A stretch of DNA of 64,000 nucleotides from Verrucomicrobiia bacterium (lineage in GTDB: Bacteria > Verrucomicrobiota > Verrucomicrobiia > Palsa-1439), in contig DATJWQ010000012.1 of the NCBI GenBank assembly GCA_035501175.1, positions 14,424 to 78,423 of the forward strand. The letters run 5' to 3'. This document shows positions 57,934 through 64,000 of this stretch, in pieces. The position numbers and the translations under genes were made by a program. Position 1 is the first letter of the stretch; each line of letters starts with the position of its first letter. The notes under the pieces were generated by a model. It ran no database searches, was not told the DNA's origin, and saw nothing but the letters and a program-made list of their open reading frames with translations.

Positions 57934-59205
57934 TCAATACCCCATCGCGCGGCCGGTCGGACAGGCGCCAAAGAACTTCTTGGCCTTGTGCAGCATTTCG
58001 ATGAAGGCATCGACTTCGTCGCGCGTGTTGTACAAGTAAAAGCTGGCGCGCGCGGTGGCGGCGAGCCCGAGCTTCTTGTGCAACGGCATGGCGCAATGAT
58101 GCCCGGCGCGGATGGCGACGCCATCCTGGTCGGCAAACGTCGCGATGTCATGCGGGTGGACATCGCCAAGAGTGAACGCGATCAAGCCGCCGCGTTTCTC
58201 GATGTCCTTTGGGCCGTACACGGTGATTTCGGGAAACTCCTTCAGGCAATCCAGTGCGTACTGCGTGATTTCCTTCTCGTGCTGGCGAATTTTCTCCATG
58301 CCGATGTGCGTGAGGTAATCGACTGCAACGCCGAGTCCGATGGATTCCGCGATGTTTGGCGTGCCGGCCTCGAATTTGTAGGGCAGATCGTTGTATTTCG
58401 CGTGATCAAACCACACTTCCTTGATCATCTCGCCGCCGCCCATGAATGGCGGCATTGCCTCGAGAAGCGGGCGTTTGCCGTAGAGCACCCCGCTGGCGGT
58501 CGGCCCGCACATCTTGTGTCCGCTGAACGCGAAGAAATCACAATCCATTGCCTGCACATCGACTGCCATGTGAGGAACACTCTGCGCGCCGTCCACGAGC
58601 ACGACAGCCCCGCTCTTGTGGGCGGCGTCGGCGATTTGCCGGACGGGATTGATCGTGCCCAGGACATTGGACTGTTGCGTGACCGCCACGAGTTTCGTGC
58701 GGTCGGTGAGCAGCCTGTCCAGATCATCAAGGCGCAACGTGCCGTCTGCATTCAGTTCGATCCGTTTGATGACTGCGCCCGTGCGCTCGCAGACCTGATA
58801 CCACGGCACGGTATCGCTGTGGTGCTCCATGAATGTCGTGAGAATCTCATCGCCCTTCTTCAGGTTGGTCAGCGCCCAGGAATAGGCCACGAGATTGATC
58901 GACTCGGTTGTGCCACGGGTATAAATAGCCAGTTCCGTCGACGGTGCATTAATGAATTTCGCAATCTTCTCTCTCGCGCGCTCATACTCCCGCGTCGCGC
59001 GTTCGGCCAAGGCGTGGATGCCGCGATGAACGTTGGCATTGTAGCGCTGATAATAATCGTTGAGCGCCTCGATCACGACCCGCGGCTTCTGCGAGGTCGC
59101 CGCATTATCGAAATAGATCAGGGGTTTGCCGTGGACTTTCTGACGCAGGACCGGAAAGTCGTCGCGGATTTCCTCCAACTCCACCGCATCGAGGACCTCA
59201 ATCAT
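57934..59205 (-). CDS. sufS: Cysteine desulfurase SufS
   Basis: FPVLRQKVHGKPLIYFDNAATSQKP N-terminus, PLP-lysine region SGHKMCGPTASG, and active-site HHCAMP. Confidence 0.85.
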   Translation of the reverse strand: MIEVLDAVELEEIRDDFPVLRQKVHGKPLIYFDNAATSQKPRVVIEALNDYYQRYNANVHRGIHALAERATREYERAREKIAKFINAPSTELAIYTRGTTESINLVAYSWALTNLKKGDEILTTFMEHHSDTVPWYQVCERTGAVIKRIELNADGTLRLDDLDRLLTDRTKLVAVTQQSNVLGTINPVRQIADAAHKSGAVVLVDGAQSVPHMAVDVQAMDCDFFAFSGHKMCGPTASGVLYGKRPLLEAMPPFMGGGEMIKEVWFDHAKYNDLPYKFEAGTPNIAESIGLGVAVDYLTHIGMEKIRQHEKEITQYALDCLKEFPEITVYGPKDIEKRGGLIAFTLGDVHPHDIATFADQDGVAIRAGHHCAMPLHKKLGLAATARASFYLYNTRDEVDAFIEMLHKAKKFFGACPTGRAMGY

Positions 59206-60440
59206 CCCTTGCGTACTACCTTATCGTGAACCAGCCTGGCAAACTCCTTTTGCACGCTCTCGACCTGGATGCGTGACAGCACCGGCTCCAGAAACGCCTC
59301 GATCAACACGTCCCGCGCCAGTTCGGGCGTCAGGCCGCGACTCCGCAGGTAGAAGAGCTGCTCCTCTTCCAATTGCCCGACGGTCGCTCCGTGCGTGCAA
59401 CGAAGCTGGTTCGATTCGATCTCCAGAATCGGTCGGGTATCGCAACGTACTTCCTTGTTGAGCACGAGGTTGCGGTTGGCCTGGTAGGCATTTGTGCCGT
59501 TGGCGTTCTTCTCGACTTTGATCACGCCGGCGTAATTACTGACGGCAGAATCGCGCAACACGTTCTTGAACAACAGATCGCTGGTCGTGTTGCCCGTTTT
59601 GTGGTGCTGCTTGGTAAACTGGCCAAATTGCTGGTTGTGATCGAGCACCCCGACCGCATACATGAAGCTCGTGCCGCCTTCGCCTTCCATGATGCACTGC
59701 ACGTCGTACCGCTGGAACGAGGCGCCGAACATGCCGAGCACCCAGTCGATCTCCGCGTCATGAGCGACGTGCGCGCGTTTGAGCGTGAAATCGTACACGT
59801 TGGGCGAGAAATTCTGCTCGCTGATGTAATGGAGATGCCCGCTGTCTTTGAGGAACACCTCGGTGCCGCTGGCGTGAATGCTCGGCGCGCCATTCGTGCC
59901 GACCGGTGGTCCGCCCACGAACTTCTGCACGAGCGTCGCCTCCGCGCCCGGCTCGACAACGACCAACGTGTGGGAGAAGCCCGCAATGTTCTGCCCCGCG
60001 AGTTCGTAGGTCACTTCCAGCGGCTGGTCGATGCGAACATCCGCGGGCACATACAGGAACGCGCCACTTTTCCACAGCGCGGTATGCAACGCGGCGAACT
60101 TCGCCGGCTCGTCCGCCCCGATGCTCTTGCCCAGATACTCCTTCAGAACATCGCCGTGCCTGGCAACCGCCGTGACCATGTCGCAGAAGATCACACCCTT
60201 CCTGTCCAATTCAGCAGAGAGCGCAGAAAGACGCTCGTGAATGGCCGGCTTGCCGTCGGGCAACGACACCTTGTCCAGTTTGAGTGCGCGGATATCGAAT
60301 CGCTGCCATTCCAAATCCCGCCTGGTCGGCAGGGGAAGCTTTTCGAATGTGTTCCACGCGTTGAGACGCCGGGACCTCAACCATGCCGGCTCGCCGGAGC
60401 CGACGGCTTCGAGTGTCTGCTGTGTAAATCCAGTTGTCAT
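59202..60440 (-). CDS. sufD: Fe-S cluster assembly protein SufD
   Basis: Paralogous to SufB, position between sufB and sufS, and a 4-nt overlap with sufS. Start taken at MTTGFTQQT. Confidence 0.8.
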   Translation of the reverse strand: MTTGFTQQTLEAVGSGEPAWLRSRRLNAWNTFEKLPLPTRRDLEWQRFDIRALKLDKVSLPDGKPAIHERLSALSAELDRKGVIFCDMVTAVARHGDVLKEYLGKSIGADEPAKFAALHTALWKSGAFLYVPADVRIDQPLEVTYELAGQNIAGFSHTLVVVEPGAEATLVQKFVGGPPVGTNGAPSIHASGTEVFLKDSGHLHYISEQNFSPNVYDFTLKRAHVAHDAEIDWVLGMFGASFQRYDVQCIMEGEGGTSFMYAVGVLDHNQQFGQFTKQHHKTGNTTSDLLFKNVLRDSAVSNYAGVIKVEKNANGTNAYQANRNLVLNKEVRCDTRPILEIESNQLRCTHGATVGQLEEEQLFYLRSRGLTPELARDVLIEAFLEPVLSRIQVESVQKEFARLVHDKVVRKG

Positions 60441-60505
60441 CGTAAATTGGGGTGGGGGACGGGGCCACACCGTCCCCCACGGGTTCTCGATCAGCCGTTG
60501 CCCAT

Positions 60506-61912
60506 CTACCCGACTGATCCTTCCATCTGCAAGTTGATGAGTCGATTGATTTCAACCGCGAATTCCATGGGCAATTCCTTCACGATCGGCTCAATGAAAC
60601 CGTTCACGATCATCGATACCGCGTCTTCTTTCTTGATACCGCGGCTCATGAGATAGAAGAGCTGTTCCTCCGAGACATTCGAAACGCTTGCCTCGTGTTC
60701 CACCGTCGCGAGGTCGCCGTCGATCTCCATCACGGGATACGTGTCGGAACGGCTGATCGGATCGAGGATCAACGCGTCGCAATTGACCTGCACGCGGCAA
60801 TTCTTGGCCGCCTCGTTCACCTGAACCAGACCGCGGTACGAGGACCGTCCGCCGTGGCCACTGATCGACTTGGAATTGATCCGGCCGGTGCAATTCGGCG
60901 CGTGGAACACCAGCTTCGCGCCGGCATCCTGCCACATGCCTTTGTCGGCGCTGGCGAGGCTGAGGATTTCGCCGTGAGCCCCTTCGCCGACCATGTAGCA
61001 CGACGGATATTTGACCGTGCGTTTCGAGCCGAGGTTGCCATCGACCCATTCCATGACGGCGTTCTTGTACAGATACGCCCGCTTGGTCACGAGGTTGTAA
61101 ACGTCGGTTGACCAATTCTGGATCGTCGTGTAACGGCACCGGGCCCGGTCTTTCACGAAGATTTCAACGACAGCCGAGTGGAGTGAGTTGGTGGTGTACA
61201 CCGGCGCACTGCAGCCCTCGACGTAATGGCAGAAGCTGTCATCTTCACAAATGATGAGCGTGCGCTCGAACTGGCCGAACTGCTCGGCATTGATACGGAA
61301 GTAGACCGAGAGGGGAATGTCGCATTTTACGCCCTTCGGAATGTACACGAACGAACCGCCGCTCCAGAACGCCGAGTTGAGCGCCGCGAACTTGTTGTCC
61401 TCGGGCGGAATCGACTTGGCGAAGTGTTCCTGGAAGATGTCGGGGTACTGCTTCAAGCCATCATCGCAACTGAGGAAGATGACGCCCTTCTTGGCGAGCG
61501 ACTCCTGGATGTTGTGATACGCCATCTCGCTGTCGATCTGTGCGCCGAGACCGCCAAGGAGCTTCTGTTCTTCCTTGGCGATCCCGAGCTTGTCGTACGT
61601 GCGGCGGATTTCCTCGGGCACGTCCTCCCAGCGGCGCGCCGATTTCTCGACGGGACTGACGTAATAGGTAATTTCTTCGTAATTGAGCTCGTCCCGCAAC
61701 CCGGGCAGCCATTCCGGCAAGCCCTGGCTGATGAACAAATCGAGGCTGCGATGGCGAAACTGGCGCATCCAATCCGGTTCGCCCTTGATATCGCACATGT
61801 AATCCACAACATCGTGCGAGAGTCCTTTCGGGACCCTGTGAACGGCCTTCAGATTGTCGTGGAAGCCTTCCTTGTAGGCGCCACCCAAAATGGGTTCCGC
61901 GGGAGTGCTCAT
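60506..61912 (-). CDS. sufB: Fe-S cluster assembly protein SufB
   Basis: Characteristic SufB length (468 aa) and conserved C-terminal beta-helix region (EQLFYLMSRGI). Overlaps sufC by 4 nt. Confidence 0.85.
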   Translation of the reverse strand: MSTPAEPILGGAYKEGFHDNLKAVHRVPKGLSHDVVDYMCDIKGEPDWMRQFRHRSLDLFISQGLPEWLPGLRDELNYEEITYYVSPVEKSARRWEDVPEEIRRTYDKLGIAKEEQKLLGGLGAQIDSEMAYHNIQESLAKKGVIFLSCDDGLKQYPDIFQEHFAKSIPPEDNKFAALNSAFWSGGSFVYIPKGVKCDIPLSVYFRINAEQFGQFERTLIICEDDSFCHYVEGCSAPVYTTNSLHSAVVEIFVKDRARCRYTTIQNWSTDVYNLVTKRAYLYKNAVMEWVDGNLGSKRTVKYPSCYMVGEGAHGEILSLASADKGMWQDAGAKLVFHAPNCTGRINSKSISGHGGRSSYRGLVQVNEAAKNCRVQVNCDALILDPISRSDTYPVMEIDGDLATVEHEASVSNVSEEQLFYLMSRGIKKEDAVSMIVNGFIEPIVKELPMEFAVEINRLINLQMEGSVG

Positions 61913-62691
61913 GTGCCCTGACCTTTCGCCACGGCGGGAGCCGCCGCATCCTCATCCTTGATGATCCAATCGTAGCCGTGCTCTTCCAGGTGAGCGGCCA
62001 GATCCGGTCCGCCTGACTTCACGATCTTGCCGTCGACCAGGATGTGAACGAAATCCGGATTGATGTAACGCAGAATGCGTTCGTAGTGGGTGATGATCAG
62101 AATGCCCAGCCCCGGCCCGCGCAACTCGTTCACGCCACGCGAGACAATCTTCAGCGCATCGATGTCGAGGCCCGAGTCCGTCTCGTCCATGACCGCGAAC
62201 TCAGGTTCGAGCATCATCATTTGCAAAATCTCGTTGCGCTTCTTTTCGCCGCCCGAAAAGCCCTCGTTCAGATACCGTTTCAAGAACTTCTCGTCGATGT
62301 CGAGGACCTTCATTTTCTCCTCGAGCTTGCTGTAAAACTCCGTGACCTCCATCTCGCGTCCCGTACGCGCATTACAGGCGAGCCGAAGGAAATTGGACTG
62401 GCGGACGCCCGGGACCTCGCACGGATATTGAAACGCGAGGAACAATCCTTTACGGGCGCGCTCGTCGGTCTCCATTTCGAGGATGTCCTCGCCTTTCATG
62501 AGGACCTTGCCGCCGGTGACCGTATACTTCGGATGGCCCAACAGCGCGTTCGCGAGCGTGCTTTTTCCAGAGCCGTTCGGCCCCATGAGCGCATGGACCT
62601 CGCCCTTGCGGACGACGAGATCGACGCCCTTGAGAATCTCGCGTTCCTCGATACTGACATGTAAGTCCTGAATCTCGAATGTATCAGTCAT
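61909..62691 (-). CDS. sufC: Fe-S cluster assembly ATPase SufC
   Basis: Walker A GPNGSGKSTL, ABC signature LSGGEKKR, and Walker B. Start taken at MTDTFEIQD. Confidence 0.85.
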   Translation of the reverse strand: MTDTFEIQDLHVSIEEREILKGVDLVVRKGEVHALMGPNGSGKSTLANALLGHPKYTVTGGKVLMKGEDILEMETDERARKGLFLAFQYPCEVPGVRQSNFLRLACNARTGREMEVTEFYSKLEEKMKVLDIDEKFLKRYLNEGFSGGEKKRNEILQMMMLEPEFAVMDETDSGLDIDALKIVSRGVNELRGPGLGILIITHYERILRYINPDFVHILVDGKIVKSGGPDLAAHLEEHGYDWIIKDEDAAAPAVAKGQGT

Positions 62692-62733
62692 GATGATCGA
62701 CTTTCTCAAACTGAGGTCGGACGAGCCTCACGT

Positions 62734-62758
62734 AAACACGACAAATTTTGTCCGATTC
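62734..62758. promoter_or_regulatory. Candidate Rrf2/IscR-type operator upstream of sufC (AAACACGACAAATTTTGTCCGATTC, GAC-N7-GTC palindrome core)
   Basis: 13-bp perfect palindrome GACAAATTTTGTC. About 20 of 24 positions match the motif at 5396-5420. Lies immediately downstream of the predicted -10. Confidence 0.5.
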
Positions 62759-62765
62759 CAATTGC

Positions 62766-62793
62766 ACTATATCGCTACTACGGGAAGTGTCAA
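62766..62793 (-). promoter_or_regulatory. Sigma70-like promoter of the suf operon (minus strand: -35 TTGACA, 16 nt, -10 TATAGT)
   Basis: Plus-strand tgtcaa at 62788-62793 and actata at 62766-62771. Confidence 0.45.
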
Positions 62794-62853
62794 GCGCGCA
62801 ACGTATAACGCGCCTGCCGCCAGAGAATGGCGTTCCGACTGGAGGGAAGACCG

Positions 62854-62888
62854 TTGCCCGTCAAGCCACGCATGAGCTTGACGGGCAA
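62854..62888. other. Perfect 12-bp inverted repeat (TTGCCCGTCAAG-N11-CTTGACGGGCAA), hairpin between the His-rich peptide gene and the suf promoter
   Basis: Visible directly in the sequence. There is no flanking U-tract, so it may be a rho-independent-like attenuator, a protein-binding site, or an insulating terminator. Confidence 0.5.
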
Positions 62889-62906
62889 CGGGTAGAAGCG
62901 GACGAC

Positions 62907-63041
62907 TTACTTGGCTTGGTGGTGGCGCAGGTGATGATGACGCTTGGCGTGGTGACGGTGCGTGCTGGTTGCCGCAAACGCGCCTGTTGTGAACATGCCA
63001 AATACCACCGCTGCCAAAAGAAGCCCCATGAACTTTCGCAT
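62907..63041 (-). CDS. Small secreted His-rich peptide (45 aa)
   Basis: MRKFMGLLLAAVVFGMFTTGAFAATSTHRHHAKRHHHLRHHQAK. Strong SD AGGAGACAGATCGGT-ATG, a signal peptide, and 9 His in the last 17 residues. Confidence 0.55.
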   Translation of the reverse strand: MRKFMGLLLAAVVFGMFTTGAFAATSTHRHHAKRHHHLRHHQAK

Positions 63042-63185
63042 ACCGATCTGTCTCCTTGTCTGCTCCGAACACTGCGTTTCTGGTTGATGCTGCTGTCCGC
63101 CGTCCCCACTGCATACCGCGGCGGATGAAGAGACAAACACCCCGATGCCGGAATAGTTTCGCGGATTCTTTGCGGAGTTCCCGAG

Positions 63186-64000
63186 CTACTGCAACAACTG
63201 GCGCAGGACGAACGGGAGGATGCCCCCGTGGCGGTAGTATTCGACCTCGATGGGCGTGTCGATGCGGACAGTGATCGGAACCTTTTGCTCGGTGCCGTTG
63301 GCCCGATGGATTACCAGCGTCAATTCCTGGCGGGGCTGGAGGTTTTCCGAGAGCCCGAGAATATCGTAGGTCTCGGAGCCGTCGAGCCTCAGGGTCTGGG
63401 CGGTGGTGCCATCCTTGAATTGACAGGGGAGCACTCCCATACCGACCAGATTGGAGCGATGGATCCGTTCGAAACTTTGGGCCACCACCGCGCGCACCCC
63501 AAGCAGACGCGTACCTTTGGCCGCCCAATCGCGGGAGCTGCCCGTGCCGTATTCCTGTCCCGCAAACACGACGAGCGGAACGGCGGTCTCATGGTACTTC
63601 ATCGCCGCGTCGTAAATGGTGGTCGGCTGGCCGTTGTACTTGCTCACGCCACCCTCGACCCCGGGCAACATCAGGTTCTTGATCCGCACGTTGGCGAACG
63701 TGCCGCGGGTCATGACGCGATCATTGCCGCGTCGGGCGCCGTAGCTGTTGAAGTCGGGAGGCTCAACGCCATGGCTGATCAGGTATTTGCCGGCGGGCGA
63801 ATCTTTCTTGATGCTGCCGGCGGGGGAAATATGGTCGGTCGTAACGGAGTCACCGAAGATTGCCAGCGCCGCCGCGCCGCGGATTTCCATGATTGAGCCG
63901 GGCTTCATCGAGAAATCCTCGAAGAACGGCGGCTCCTGAATATAGGTGCTCTTCTGGTCCCAGCGATAGACATCGCCGACGGACGATGGGATCTCGTTCC
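63186..64000 (-). CDS. acnA: Aconitate hydratase A, C-terminal (swivel) domain, 3' part of the gene. The N-terminus lies beyond the window end.
   Basis: Conserved aconitase C-terminal sequence [28 protein letters not shown] ([20 protein letters not shown]) and the SRDW motif. Confidence 0.75.
   Translation of the reverse strand, partial: NEIPSSVGDVYRWDQKSTYIQEPPFFEDFSMKPGSIMEIRGAAALAIFGDSVTTDHISPAGSIKKDSPAGKYLISHGVEPPDFNSYGARRGNDRVMTRGTFANVRIKNLMLPGVEGGVSKYNGQPTTIYDAAMKYHETAVPLVVFAGQEYGTGSSRDWAAKGTRLLGVRAVVAQSFERIHRSNLVGMGVLPCQFKDGTTAQTLRLDGSETYDILGLSENLQPRQELTLVIHRANGTEQKVPITVRIDTPIEVEYYRHGGILPFVLRQLLQ

Noticed and set aside
1-64000. CRISPR arrays, prophage or integrase genes, toxin-antitoxin pairs, and rRNA genes
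   Set aside because: No regularly spaced direct repeats, phage structural genes, integrases, or rRNA-like conserved stretches were seen. The only tandem repeat is the 9-bp microsatellite at 33.17 kb.

Overview
High-GC (~62%) chromosomal segment. The gene content points to a PVC-superphylum bacterium (Verrucomicrobia- or Planctomycetes-like): a PEP-CTERM protein, an H-X9-DG pseudopilin-like domain, TMTC/DUF1736-type TPR membrane proteins, and many secreted beta-helix lyases. Core genes include a rhomboid protease, an L,D-transpeptidase, an Rrf2 regulator with an Mrp/ApbC Fe-S carrier, HU, a prolyl oligopeptidase, an ECF sigma/anti-sigma pair, YifB, rnhB-yraN, tRNA-Leu(UAA), fpg, a complete sufCBDS(+sufU) operon, and the 3' end of acnA. 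Four accessory islands stand out. (1) 20.9-29.9 kb: three paralogous GT-C-like (TMTC/DUF1736) + TPR membrane proteins around a PEP-CTERM protein and an FkbM methyltransferase. (2) An IS4-family insertion at 31.7-33.1 kb next to a compact, unusual biosynthetic cluster at 33.3-43.0 kb. The cluster encodes a standalone PCP-thioesterase with a Cys nucleophile, a GT2 glycosyltransferase, two divergently arranged B12-binding radical SAM enzymes, a fused ketosynthase/chain-length-factor protein, and a GYF-like/polytopic/H-X9-DG membrane protein. This is the best candidate for an undescribed system, possibly a modified lipid or small polyketide. (3) 43.3-53.9 kb: a tandem array of five secreted beta-helix polysaccharide lyases (two clearly PL1 pectate lyases) built from shuffled modules, ending at a tRNA gene. 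(4) A recurring ~75-aa C-terminal/internal beta-sandwich module present in seven secreted proteins. A shared 25-bp dyad motif (GAC-N7-GTC, IscR-type-1-like) sits just downstream of near-consensus sigma70 promoters of both the Rrf2-apbC operon and the suf operon. A 45-aa His-rich secreted peptide with a strong SD lies upstream of suf.
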